The notes beneath the pieces were generated by a model. The model saw only the letters and a program-made list of their open reading frames with translations, did not search any database and was not told the DNA's origin. 64,000 bases of DNA from Candidatus Thorarchaeota archaeon (lineage in GTDB: Archaea > Asgardarchaeota > Thorarchaeia > Thorarchaeales > Thorarchaeaceae): assembly GCA_048882045.1 (NCBI GenBank), contig JBHLRZ010000004.1, positions 46,373 through 110,372 of the forward strand, written 5' to 3'. A program made the translations under genes and the position numbers. Below, piece after piece: positions 9,747 to 20,900 of this stretch (within the stretch, counting starts at the first letter, position 1; every line of letters begins with the position of its first letter).

Positions 9747-10773
9747 ATTGACTATCGAAAAGGAATGGTGATCTTCCTGTCAGTCTTTCCTTCATTGTAG
9801 CAATTGCAGTGTCTGAAGAATCACAGAGCACCCACCGACGATTTTTTGCAATGGCTGCAACACCTGTTGTTCCTGAACCAGCAAAGAAGTCTGCTACAAG
9901 ATCTCCGGTTTCTGAAGCTGACTCTAGGACCCGTTTCAATAGAGCTTCTGGTTTTTGAGTGAGAAATCCTGTGTTTTCCTTTGAAATGCCTTGGACTGGA
10001 GGGATGTCAATCCAGAGGTCAGACACAAGGACACCTGGGACATCAGAGAGGTATTGCTTCTTTGTGTATCGACCATGCTTGCTTGTATAGATCAGACCCT
10101 GGTCCCACCATCCATCAAGGATTTCTTTACGATATAGGTATGGAGCCATTCGTCCTCTCCACTCAAACTGTTTCCGTCCCTCTGTTCTCTGGATGCCTTG
10201 TGCCTCGATCTCAATGAGTCGGAATTTTCCTCTCTCGTCATTGTAGCTATAGGGCTTTTTGGATTTCTCATCATGCTTCCGATAAATTTGATTTGTTTCG
10301 AACTGCGAAGCGTCAGCTGCATAGAGGAGGATCACATCATGCTGACTACCAAATCCTCTGCTTTGTGCTTTTGGACTGTTTGTTCTCTTCCAGACTATCT
10401 CGTTGACAAAATTCGAATAACCAAAGATCTCATCGAGTATCAGTTTGACATAGTGAGATACATGCCAGTCAAGGTGGACCCATAATGACCCGTCCTCTCT
10501 TAGAAGCGGTTTCATTGCTTCTAGTCTTACCCGCATGAACTCAAGGTATTCCTCAAGACCGCCCTCCCACTTGTCGCTGTACGCATTCTGTTCCTTCAGA
10601 ACGCCTGCTGACTTTCTATCTCCAACAGTCCGATTTTTAATGGTGTAGTCAGTGCCAGAAAAGAAGGGTGGGTCAATATAGATCAAGCGAACCTGTCCTT
10701 CAAGCACATCCTGATACTTTTTGATAGCCTCAAGACAGTCCCCGTGCAGAAGCAGGTTTTGCCAATCCTTCAT
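9730..10773 (-). CDS. Amino (N6A/N4C) DNA methyltransferase, beta class, Mod-like, orphan
   Basis: LIYIDPPF motif IV near N-terminus; TQKPEALL and DFFAGSGTT motif I near C-terminus. Confidence 0.9.
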   Translation of the reverse strand: MKDWQNLLLHGDCLEAIKKYQDVLEGQVRLIYIDPPFFSGTDYTIKNRTVGDRKSAGVLKEQNAYSDKWEGGLEEYLEFMRVRLEAMKPLLREDGSLWVHLDWHVSHYVKLILDEIFGYSNFVNEIVWKRTNSPKAQSRGFGSQHDVILLYAADASQFETNQIYRKHDEKSKKPYSYNDERGKFRLIEIEAQGIQRTEGRKQFEWRGRMAPYLYRKEILDGWWDQGLIYTSKHGRYTKKQYLSDVPGVLVSDLWIDIPPVQGISKENTGFLTQKPEALLKRVLESASETGDLVADFFAGSGTTGVAAIAKNRRWVLCDSSDTAIATMKERLTGRSPFLFDSQFSPSR

Positions 10774-10851
10774 AACAAGTGATAATGTGGTTCCTCCTTA
10801 AGAGGCCTTTGAGGACCTTGGAGTATGAATGAGTGGTTGGAACTGTGAAAC

Positions 10852-11100
10852 CTACATCTCCATATCGTCGATGACCTCTTCCCCAGGTTGCATGGCTTCA
10901 GCCTCTTCCCTGGCTATTCCAATCTTGATGAGTCGGACTAGGTAACCAGCAATACGGTTTCGCACTGTCTTAGTCTTGACATCAGTGAGCTGCTCAACTA
11001 ACCTTTTGTTGGTTTCAAAATCATCTGTGAATGTGTCGGGGTAAAGAGCCAAAAGATTCTTCGCCGCGTTTTTGATGTATCGTGGTCTTACGCTACCCAA
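10852..11100 (-). CDS. rps17e: 30S ribosomal protein eS17
   Basis: MGSVRPRYIK...FTDDFETNK...RNRIAGY; TTG start after GGTGA. Confidence 0.96.
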   Translation of the reverse strand: MGSVRPRYIKNAAKNLLALYPDTFTDDFETNKRLVEQLTDVKTKTVRNRIAGYLVRLIKIGIAREEAEAMQPGEEVIDDMEM

Positions 11101-11191
11101 TTATAACTCACCGAGTTGTCTTTGATTGTCGGTGTCCGCCAGACTGAGTTTATAAAAGATGTGGTGAGTCTCTAGAATTGAGGGTGCAACT

Positions 11192-12949
11192 GTGCTTTAT
11201 GAGACTTTGACCCAAGCCTACAACGACATTGAGAAAACAGCTGGTACTCTGGACAAGATCGAGTTGTTCTCAGAACTTCTCTCGAAGGCGAATCCAGATG
11301 AGGTAGGACTCATCATTGCTCTTACGATGGGGAAGCTTCATCCTGACTGGAAGAGTCAGCCTGAGATTGGAATTGCTGAGAAAACTGCTGTTCAGGTAGT
11401 TGCATCTGCAGCTTCAGTTTCAGAAAGGGATGTCCAGAAGATACTCCTCAAGACCGGAGACATCGGGAGTACAGCAGAGGAGCTATTGCAGGAGAGTGCT
11501 CAATCAACATTGTTCTCAGAGGATGTGACGATTTCTTTCGTCTATGAAACGTTAGACCAGACCTCAAAGATCTCTGGATCTGGGAGCAACAAGATGAAGA
11601 TAGCGACCCTAGTTGGCCTTCTGACCGATGCTAATCCTATTGAGGCTCGATACATCCTTCGAACGGTGACAGGCTCTCTCAGGCTTGGTCTTGGAGATAT
11701 GGGAATTATTGACGCACTTGCTACAGCCTTTACTGGAAGTCGAGACGCTCGAGGTGAAATCGAGAATGCCTTTAATGTATGCAGTGACTTGAGTCACGTT
11801 GCTTCTGTTCTGGCGAAGGATGGAATAGATGCTGTAAAGGCCATCAAGACTGAAGTAGGAGTCCCCATTCGAATGATGGCAGCCAAGAAGCTGTCAACTC
11901 CTGAAGAAATCATTGAGAAAGCTGGTGGCAAAGCTCTCGTCGAGAATAAGTATGATGGGGAACGTGTTCAAGTCCATAAGAACGGTGATGAAGTCATTCT
12001 GTTCTCTCGAAGACAGGAGATAATCACTAGTCAATACCCTGATGTAGTTGAACTTGTAAGGGAGCATATTCAAGCCCAGACGAGTGTTTTGGAGGGAGAA
12101 TGCGTTGCTATAGACCCTGAAACAGGAAGGATGAAACCGTTTCAGGAACTGATGCGACGGCGACGCAAGACGGATATTGAAACGACACAAGAGGAAGTTC
12201 CTGTTTCAATCTTCTTCTTCGACATTCTTTACAATGATGGAGAAGATGTCACCTCATTGCCCATGCTCAAGAGACGTGAGCTTATGGAGAAGATTATCAA
12301 AACAAGTGACAGAGTGAATCTGACAACTGCAGAACTGACGGATGACCCTGAACGACTTCAAGAGATATTCGAGGATGCAATTGGGACAGGTCACGAAGGT
12401 GTGATTGCCAAAGCAGTCCACAAGGATGCCACATATCAGGCAGGTTCTAGGAGCTGGCTTTGGATCAAGCTGAAGGCATCCTACACCGAGGGTCTCGCTG
12501 ACTCTCTTGACCTTGTACTTGTTGGAGCCTTTCATGGTCGTGGGAAACGGGCTGGACTCTATGGTGCATTCCTGGCTTCAGTCTACGATCCTAATAATGG
12601 GACATTCCCGACTGTTTGCAAGATAGGTACAGGATTTTCTGACGACATGCTTGTCGAGTTCAAAGAACGTCTCGATGAGTACAAAATCAAAGTCCGTCAT
12701 TCTAAGGTCATCTCTGAAATGGAGGCTGACGTGTGGTTCGAACCGCTGAAGGTCATCGAGGTTCTCGGTGATGAGATTACGAAGAGTCAAGCACATCCCG
12801 CAGCAAGGAACTACCTCAAGGACAGTGGTCTTGCGATCCGCTTTCCACGCTTTACTGGCAACTGGCGCGATGACAAGAGTCCAGAACAGGCAACGTCAGT
12901 TGATGACCTTATTGAAGCCTTTGAATTGCAGAGGGGAGAGAACCAATAG
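11192..12949 (+). CDS. lig: ATP-dependent DNA ligase, archaeal type
   Basis: KYDGER adenylation motif, EGVIAK, WIKLK, GTGFSD, IRFPRF. Confidence 0.96.
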   Translation: MLYETLTQAYNDIEKTAGTLDKIELFSELLSKANPDEVGLIIALTMGKLHPDWKSQPEIGIAEKTAVQVVASAASVSERDVQKILLKTGDIGSTAEELLQESAQSTLFSEDVTISFVYETLDQTSKISGSGSNKMKIATLVGLLTDANPIEARYILRTVTGSLRLGLGDMGIIDALATAFTGSRDARGEIENAFNVCSDLSHVASVLAKDGIDAVKAIKTEVGVPIRMMAAKKLSTPEEIIEKAGGKALVENKYDGERVQVHKNGDEVILFSRRQEIITSQYPDVVELVREHIQAQTSVLEGECVAIDPETGRMKPFQELMRRRRKTDIETTQEEVPVSIFFFDILYNDGEDVTSLPMLKRRELMEKIIKTSDRVNLTTAELTDDPERLQEIFEDAIGTGHEGVIAKAVHKDATYQAGSRSWLWIKLKASYTEGLADSLDLVLVGAFHGRGKRAGLYGAFLASVYDPNNGTFPTVCKIGTGFSDDMLVEFKERLDEYKIKVRHSKVISEMEADVWFEPLKVIEVLGDEITKSQAHPAARNYLKDSGLAIRFPRFTGNWRDDKSPEQATSVDDLIEAFELQRGENQ

Positions 12950-13011
12950 GATCATTCCGACAGTTTTACATGCATCTTGTTTCGTGGGAATTCAGTACAT
13001 GGAGGAATTCT

Positions 13012-13464
13012 ATGCATAGTGTACGAGTAAAAGACCAAAGGATGCATTTCAGTGCATCACACTTTCTCAAAAGTGAAGATGATATAGAAAACCTTCATGG
13101 CCACAACTACATCCTGACTGTCAAACTCACAGGTCCTCTGAATGAAGATGGAATGGTCTACGACTTCCGAGAGGTCAAGTCGAAATCTCTAGAAATCTGC
13201 GCGACCTTAGACCACAAGGTTCTCCTTCCAGGAAAGTCTGAAACAATCAAGGTAACCAAGTCCGAGGAATTCATAGAGGTATTCGTGGGTGAGAAACGGT
13301 ATGTCTTCCCTGAGGAGGACTGCGTGGTAATTCCAACAATCGCCACATCTACCGAGCTGCTTGCTCAACACATCTCTGAGCTTCTCGATTTTCCAGAGAA
13401 GTTCACAGTGAAGGTCTGTGTTAGTGAGAGTGAAGGCAAGACTGGCTGCTATAGACGTAAATGA
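13012..13464 (+). CDS. 6-pyruvoyl-tetrahydropterin synthase family protein with ExxHGH (PTPS-III-like) signature
   Basis: HFSASH, ENLHGHNY, DF, LDH, ESE motifs; SD GGAGG 13001-13005 supports ATG 13012. Confidence 0.85.
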   Translation: MHSVRVKDQRMHFSASHFLKSEDDIENLHGHNYILTVKLTGPLNEDGMVYDFREVKSKSLEICATLDHKVLLPGKSETIKVTKSEEFIEVFVGEKRYVFPEEDCVVIPTIATSTELLAQHISELLDFPEKFTVKVCVSESEGKTGCYRRK

Positions 13465-13492
13465 CAATCCTGACAAACGAGAGGCGTAAAAC

Positions 13493-14305
13493 GTGGTCAT
13501 TGACACTCAAAATGAAGAACCAAAACACAGAATCCAACTAAGCAAGGTGGGAGTGAAGAACCTCAAGACCTTCATGATTACTGAACGAAGCGGTCTAAGA
13601 CATCACATCCTGCCAAAAGTTGACATCACAATTGACCTCCCAGCGGACCTAAAGGGGGTTCATATGTCCCGACTTGTTGAGTCGATGACCGAGGAACTGA
13701 GTGACCAATTCCGAGTACACTCATCCATTGAGCATATCCAGATGCGGATTCTTGAAGGTCTCCTGAAGAAGCACAGTTTCAAGCGTGGCGAGGTCAAGTT
13801 TGAATTTGAGTTTGGCTATGAAAGTCGCACTCCTGTATCCAGAAAAAGAACTTGGGAAGTGTGTGATGTCGTCGCGATAACAACAATGGAACAAGGAAAA
13901 CCGTTCCTGCATGATATTGAGATCAGAGTCATAGGCAACACTGCCTGTCCTCACTGCATGGCAAACAATGATGGTCTTACACACATCCAACGAGCCTATG
14001 GAAAATTGAGAGTTGTGGGCGAAGTGGATGAAATTCCAAACTATGGGACTATGATAGAGATAATTGAGAAATCCTTCTCAAGCAAAACATATTCTCTTCT
14101 GAAACTTGAAGACGAGGTGCATGTTACAAAAGAGATGCACGACAACCCGCTGCTTGTCGAAGATGTCTGTCGGAACATTCTCCAGCATGCTAGAGAGATG
14201 TATCAAGACCGCGATCTAGAGATGTTTGCAGAAGCACACTCCATGGAGAGTATTCATAAACATGATGTGATAGCCCAAGGCAGGATTGTTTCCAATGGTG
14301 AATAG
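13493..14305 (+). CDS. folE2: GTP cyclohydrolase, FolE2/MptA family
   Basis: KGVHMSR, TPVS, TACPHC, HIQR, NPLLVED, ESIHKHD motifs. Confidence 0.88.
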   Translation: MVIDTQNEEPKHRIQLSKVGVKNLKTFMITERSGLRHHILPKVDITIDLPADLKGVHMSRLVESMTEELSDQFRVHSSIEHIQMRILEGLLKKHSFKRGEVKFEFEFGYESRTPVSRKRTWEVCDVVAITTMEQGKPFLHDIEIRVIGNTACPHCMANNDGLTHIQRAYGKLRVVGEVDEIPNYGTMIEIIEKSFSSKTYSLLKLEDEVHVTKEMHDNPLLVEDVCRNILQHAREMYQDRDLEMFAEAHSMESIHKHDVIAQGRIVSNGE

Positions 14306-14338
14306 CCACTAATAGCAATTATCCGAAGTAACATTATA

Positions 14339-17300
14339 TTGGATATTTTGGTCTACTACAATAGCACGAATGGATGTTATTGGATGTGGATTAGCAAGGT
14401 TCAGTGCTTGAGTGTATTTCTTATGTTCCTCATAGTACTGCCCGCAGTAGCTATACTAGGACCGCTCTCCATAGAAAGAGTCCAATCCACTGAAGATCCT
14501 AAATCATTAGTTTCTCAAGAAAGTGAAATACAGGTTTCTCCAGACCAAGCCTTGCAGGATGTCGGGTCACTTTCAGAAACATTCGAGTCTATACCTTCAT
14601 CTGGAGAGATCGATCCAATTCCTATTGAACAGACAGGATACTCGGTGACTGGCAATGTATCAGCCCGAACAGACACAATGCAAAACACAGCGAATTCCTT
14701 AGAGATTGATTCGCTTCATGACTGGGTTGCCAGCGAGACAAACGCTACGGTGACAAACCTCAAGAGGCTTTATATCGTCAATGGGTCTCTTGACGAGGGT
14801 CTTCCAGGAGTAAATGTAAATCCTAATGGCTCTGTTTCATCATATCCCTATGGATGGACCTCTGACAGCTACTCTTCTGACGCGAACACAATTCAGAGGA
14901 GCGAGTATATTCAAGGACAGAACAGCTTCGTTGGTCTTGAGAATGAAGGCGATCCTACAGGTACAGGTGCAAACACAAGGTTTCAACATGGCATCAATAC
15001 CAGAATTAGCTGGGCTCAGACGATTGATAACCGACCCTATACTGAAGATTTTGTTTTCAGCCTTCGATTTCTCTATCTTAATGGACCATTGGATAGCTCC
15101 CTAGGTGATAGTATTTCTCTAGAGGTTTGGATGAATGGCACTCGATATTGGAACCAGAGTCTGGCACAAGTTGGCTCTAGAGATATTTGGTATTCATCTG
15201 GTGTTGTGAACATCAGTCTAGCTGGAGCACCTAATACTTTCGAATTTGATGTTCGTCTAGCAATAAATACAGCTCTGGATCTTTATCCGACGGAATATGG
15301 TTTTCTTGATTCAAATTATCTTACGGTACTGATTGACGATATTGATCTTATCGGGCAAACACCTCCAACATCTGAACAAGTGAATATGATATTTAATGCA
15401 GGAGGTGCAAGTGCGGCTGTCACTGATTCAATAGGTTATGGAACTTGTATCATCTCAAATAGCTCATATTGGTCTAGTTCAAGTCTTCAGATCTCATTTG
15501 ACTCCAACTCAACCATTAGTTTCGATTATAATGTAAAATTGTTGAATCATCGGTTCATCTATTCGAGCTCAACAACGGACACTTTAGACCTTGGAGTAGC
15601 CTATGAAATCGAATCCGGCAATAGTGGCAATCTTGAGATTTACACCTATCTTGGATACTCTGGTATCTATGAGGACCTAGTACTGAAAATCTTCCATCCA
15701 AGTGATTGGGAAAATTTCACGGTGTATGATCCCTTCTTGAGCGATGTATCATCTAGCTGCACCTTTAGTAGCAATGTTCTGACTATCCCCGAGTTTCTCC
15801 TTGATCGTCTAGGATGGTGGAAAGTCGCGTGCGATACGCCAAACTATGCATATTCCGCTGAAGTAGAAAGATATGATGCAGGAATCCCAGCTTGGACAAA
15901 TGAGAGTATCTTCCATAGTTTTGATTCAGCACGTCTTTCAGTATCCATAGGAACTGCTTTCGAAACTCCTGTCATATCAGATCCTGTCAACTATACATGG
16001 GCATTTCCAAATAGCACTGTTTGGTCAGAATCATCATCATCTGGAGGACTTGGTTTAGCTAGCAGTTCACCCGTAATCTTCGGCCAAACAAACACGACCG
16101 CAGGAATTTGGGTAGTCTGTTATTTATGGTCGAATGGAACTGAGCTGGCATATCATTGCTACAAATTTGCATTACATCATACGGCAGAATTGCAACTTGT
16201 TTTCTCAGATAGTCTATCCACTGTAGTAGGTCAACCAGTAACAGTGGTGTTAAGGTTCTTTGATAATGAAACAGGTAAATATCTCGTGAATGATGGCGCT
16301 TCTATTGTTGGACATTGGGATGGTCCAGATGTATTATTCACAGCAGATATCGTCAACAATTGGTGGCAGGCAGATTTTGAAACCACCTTCGTTGGAGCAG
16401 GTGATTTTACGGTCAGCCTTGTTTCCGCAGCACCTTACTATGAAACTGATCTTTATGAGATTACAATCCATTCTCAATTCCTAACCTCTCTAGTTCCGCC
16501 GGTAGGTCCCTTGACACCTCTTACATATGGAAGGGAGTATTCCTATGACTTCTTCTACTCAATGTCCTACAATGGTACAGGCATTGAAGGTGCAACTGTG
16601 GAGATAACAGAGGAAGGATCTGAGTGGGCTACAGTATCTGATGTCGGTGGTGGTCATTACAACCTTACACTAATTCCATTAGCCTCTCGTGACTATAGTA
16701 TTCGGATCAGATTCTCTAAAGTCGGGTTTGAGAACCAGACTCATGTTCTCTCATTCTTGGTCAATGATGTTCATATTGAGGTTGATTCGATATCTGCACT
16801 TTCTGGACCTGAATATGCACCTCTCACAATTAATGTGCATATAGTTGAGTCGGACACTCGGAATCCAGTCACTGGGGCAAATGTGACATTAGCGGTATTT
16901 CTCCCTGGTGATTACCTTGTTCACGATACTACGATGAATGAGACAACCCCGGGTACATACTCTACCACAATCATAATGTTTGATTCCACATCTGGACCTT
17001 ATACTGTAAAGATATCTGTTGATAAAGAAAATCACGAGTTGATTCAGTCTTTCAGCTCAACATTAGTCCCAACATTTGACTTCGCATCACGCATGTTTCG
17101 GTATGCAGTAACTTACCCTCGAGAAATTCTGATTCTAGCAATTTTCATCATAGGTGCAGTGGTTGGACAGAGGGTTCGACGAAGAAGACATAGAGAAAGT
17201 CGTGCAACTGCATTGGCTTTCAAGAACAGAATCAATGACGCAAACAATATACTCGGATTTTTGGTCCTTCACAAACTCAGTGGTGTGCCCATCTACTCTA

Positions 17301-17875
17301 AGGTATTCAAAGGTGGCTTTGAGGAAGGAATGATTTCAGCCTTCATCACTGCAATCATGCATTTCCGGGAGGGATTTGAAACAGGTGGCAAATCTGATAC
17401 ATTCACCCTCATTCCTCTATCAGAAGTCATTAGAATCGTACCTACACAGAATCTCATCTGTGCCTTCATAACTGTCACGCCTCCCTCTTTTGAACAAGAG
17501 CGCAAAATGATCAGTTACGCCCGTGCTATTGGCATGATGTTCGATGATACTCTCTCTCAACCGAGTGGAGAGGTAATTGATGCAAAGACTAGCAAGACCT
17601 TCGAATGGATGCTTGATGATATCCTAGATACGTTACTCATCAGAGACTATCAAAACGGTGTGAAAAAGTATCCCAGACCGCTTCGTTTCATTGAGAAAGC
17701 TATTCCAATTGAGGAAAGAGAAGGAAGGTTCAATCTCTACCGACTAGTTCGCTTACTGACCTCGACCACAGATTCTGAATATGTTGTTTACAATAGAGTA
17801 TTCGAAGCTCTAGAAGGTGAGTATATTCTACCAATCTATCCATATGACAGAAACGATTTAGCGGAATCCGGCTGA
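14339..17875 (+). CDS. Large type I membrane protein, paralog 1 (signal peptide, beta-rich ectodomain, TM, cytoplasmic longin-like plus winged-helix-like tail); likely start ATG 14384
   Basis: Hydrophobic leader, many NxS/T sequons, TM then RVRRRRHR, HKLSGVPIYSK...ISAFITAIMHF. Confidence 0.85.
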   Translation: MDILVYYNSTNGCYWMWISKVQCLSVFLMFLIVLPAVAILGPLSIERVQSTEDPKSLVSQESEIQVSPDQALQDVGSLSETFESIPSSGEIDPIPIEQTGYSVTGNVSARTDTMQNTANSLEIDSLHDWVASETNATVTNLKRLYIVNGSLDEGLPGVNVNPNGSVSSYPYGWTSDSYSSDANTIQRSEYIQGQNSFVGLENEGDPTGTGANTRFQHGINTRISWAQTIDNRPYTEDFVFSLRFLYLNGPLDSSLGDSISLEVWMNGTRYWNQSLAQVGSRDIWYSSGVVNISLAGAPNTFEFDVRLAINTALDLYPTEYGFLDSNYLTVLIDDIDLIGQTPPTSEQVNMIFNAGGASAAVTDSIGYGTCIISNSSYWSSSSLQISFDSNSTISFDYNVKLLNHRFIYSSSTTDTLDLGVAYEIESGNSGNLEIYTYLGYSGIYEDLVLKIFHPSDWENFTVYDPFLSDVSSSCTFSSNVLTIPEFLLDRLGWWKVACDTPNYAYSAEVERYDAGIPAWTNESIFHSFDSARLSVSIGTAFETPVISDPVNYTWAFPNSTVWSESSSSGGLGLASSSPVIFGQTNTTAGIWVVCYLWSNGTELAYHCYKFALHHTAELQLVFSDSLSTVVGQPVTVVLRFFDNETGKYLVNDGASIVGHWDGPDVLFTADIVNNWWQADFETTFVGAGDFTVSLVSAAPYYETDLYEITIHSQFLTSLVPPVGPLTPLTYGREYSYDFFYSMSYNGTGIEGATVEITEEGSEWATVSDVGGGHYNLTLIPLASRDYSIRIRFSKVGFENQTHVLSFLVNDVHIEVDSISALSGPEYAPLTINVHIVESDTRNPVTGANVTLAVFLPGDYLVHDTTMNETTPGTYSTTIIMFDSTSGPYTVKISVDKENHELIQSFSSTLVPTFDFASRMFRYAVTYPREILILAIFIIGAVVGQRVRRRRHRESRATALAFKNRINDANNILGFLVLHKLSGVPIYSKVFKGGFEEGMISAFITAIMHFREGFETGGKSDTFTLIPLSEVIRIVPTQNLICAFITVTPPSFEQERKMISYARAIGMMFDDTLSQPSGEVIDAKTSKTFEWMLDDILDTLLIRDYQNGVKKYPRPLRFIEKAIPIEEREGRFNLYRLVRLLTSTTDSEYVVYNRVFEALEGEYILPIYPYDRNDLAESG

Positions 17876-17948
17876 CACTTCATTTAATGGCTTAGCCGAC
17901 GATTTTTCATTATATTGATAATACGAATTATAGTTATAACGTGCAAAC

Positions 17949-20900
17949 ATGTGGCTTCTTCTCAGACTTGAGGTTAAAGACTTGAAGAGGAGTGGATGCT
18001 TATTTGTAGCTGTCATCCTTTTTCTAGTCTGTACTATTAATGCTCCATTTGATTCCAGAGGAGGAACGCTCTCGGAACAATCCGAGTATGAAAGTGTTTC
18101 TGCCCTTGAGAAAAATGGGTCCAACATCCTCTCCAACGACCATCAACTCTCAGGAACCCTTAATCCAGTAGTGATTGAACAGAGGGGGAATAGGACCAAC
18201 CCCGTACTTCATGCGGAAACAGATTCAAAAACAAATGTGAAAACGAATTTGTCAATTGATATTGCAAACAACTGGGTGGGAAGTCGCGCCTCTGTTGAAC
18301 TTTGGAATCTTGAGCGATTATACGTTGTTAACGGAAGTTTCTCTGAAGGACTTGAGGGTACTAATTCCAATCCATCAGGATCTGTTCCATTCCATCCATT
18401 TGGTTGGGATGCAATCAGTGGTAGTCCTGATCCAAATATGGAAATGACGGCTGATTACGTATTACAAGAGGTCTATGTTGGTATCATCGGAGAAAGAGAT
18501 GGTACAATCCACAAGTATACCAATGGGAGTTATGCCTACTGGATACAGACCGTCAACAATACGCCTTACTTAGAGGATTTCATTCTCAATTTTGATTACA
18601 GCTATGAACGAGGTCCGGTTGATAATCCTAATGTGACACTCAGAGTATACATTGATGATAATCTGGTGTGGACCACCACCTCTGTAGGTCTTATTGATAA
18701 TGAGTGGTACAACACTGGAGATGTCGCAATCAATTTGAATGGTATTGGTGGTCAGTTCAACTTCAAGATTGGATTGTACATTGATGGCAATACGACTCAC
18801 GACAAAAGGGACATCCAGTTCATTGTTGACAATGTTAAGTTCGTTGGTGAAACACCACCCTCATTTGATGAGGCAGTCATGACCCTAAATATTAGTCTGG
18901 ATTCTGCTGTAATTACTGGCACAAGTTTTGGAGTGGCAAATATCACAAATGACCCTCCATGGCAAACTGAGAATGTGCTTGTTGAGATATCTTCTGAACT
19001 TGGCTATTCATTTGACTACAGAGCTATACTATTGAGCCATCGTTACATCAACTCATCAAGAACTACAACTCTTCTGGAAGATGGAGTCCATTTCACATCT
19101 CTTCGCAATGAGAATCCATTGCTTGAGTTCTACACCTTTGTTGGTGTGTTGCCTGACCTAGATGATTTCACATTGATCATAAGCACTCCAACGGACTGGG
19201 AGAATGCTACAGTCTATAATGCGTATGGTACTCCAGTCACTGCATCATGTATTGTCAAGCAAGGTAGCATCACCATTCCAAACTCATTACTTTCCACACT
19301 AGGATGGTGGGAGGTTCACATGTACTCCCCAAACTACCTTCATACATTGCAGACTCTAAAACTCAATGAACTCTCATCTACCTGGGTTCCAGATTCAGTA
19401 TTCAGAACCGCAAACATCACAAAGCCTATGGTAACGATTGGTGACGAATCACCAACATCAAGCACTCTTGAGAATGTCAACATAACTTGGTTGACACCAG
19501 ATGGAGAACCTTGGTTCTCTGAGTTGATGAGTGGTGGGTCAAGTGGTATAATCAATGGCAGTCAATTGGAGTTTGGGCCATTAAACGCAACCGCTGGAAG
19601 TTGGAGTGTGTATGTAACTTGGACAAATGGAACTGAACTAGCATATGGTAGTATATCTTTCGAGGTTCATCATGGCACAGCATTGCTTCCACATGAGGAG
19701 ACTATTGAAACTGAGAGTGGTTTAATCATTTCCAATTTCGTTTATTTCCGGGACTCGGAGAACAACGAATTCATTACAGACCCTACTGCATCGGTCACTG
19801 CAAATTGGTCCGCATCAATAATTGCCTTCGTACCTGACCCGATTCAGAATAGGTGGGTAGGAACCTTTGACACATCACTTGTTGGACCTGGTACTCATCT
19901 TGTGGTTGTCAATGCCAGTCGACCATTCTTTGACGACATATCTTGCACATTCAATGTGACAATTAACTTTGCAGATAATGAACTCACCATTGATAATCCA
20001 TCTGGAACGATAGGTATTGACGACACATATCTAGCCACGTTCACCTATTCAGATGCTATTGGAGTTGGTATTCCTGGAGCAAATGTAAGTATTGACTTCA
20101 CTGGTCCAGCAGGTGGTATCACATGGAGTAAACCAAATGATCTCGGGAGCGGTGACTACTCCATGGAATTTACTGCAGTGCATTCCGGGCAATATGTCAT
20201 TACGATAACTGCCAATAAGAGCAACTATGAACCGAGCGGAGATGCACTCTTCATCATTGTTCGTGAAAGGACAACATTTCTAAATCTTGAAAACGGAAGT
20301 TCTGCAATCATAAGCTATGGTGGTCAATATAGATTAGTAGTTCAATATACGAATGGTACTGGACATGGACTCGATGGAGCAAATGTTATTGTGCATAGTA
20401 CAAATCCAGAAACTGAAATTGGTTACACGAATTCAACAAATGAAGGAAACGGTTACTACTCATTCACTCTGACACCTCAAGATATCGGGACATGGACCAT
20501 CGTAATCAAGGCGTCATTACAGGATTATCAAGATAATGTGACTTCTTTCACACTGACTGCAACAGCAATTGCAACACAACTTCGAATTGTTGGTACGTCG
20601 TCTCCCTCTTCTGTTGGAGTCGAACATTCGTTTGATCTGCTGGTTTTCTATGAAACTTTTGAGAGTTCTCCTGCAAACATAAGCATGGCTGACATAAGAT
20701 TGAATTTCACAAGTTTTGGAAGATTAGATTACAGTACCTCTCGCATTTCTCTTGGGTCTGATGGTTACCTTATCACTATCAATGCAAGTCGAATAGGTAG
20801 CTACGAATTCACCATCTACATGAATAAGACAGGATATCAGAGCGATTTTGAGTCGTTCACACTCTTTGTTGTAGCCAGAGGAATGAAGGTGATAATGGAC

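Noticed and set aside
9730-10773. Complete restriction-modification system
   Set aside because: No endonuclease or Res helicase among the neighbours
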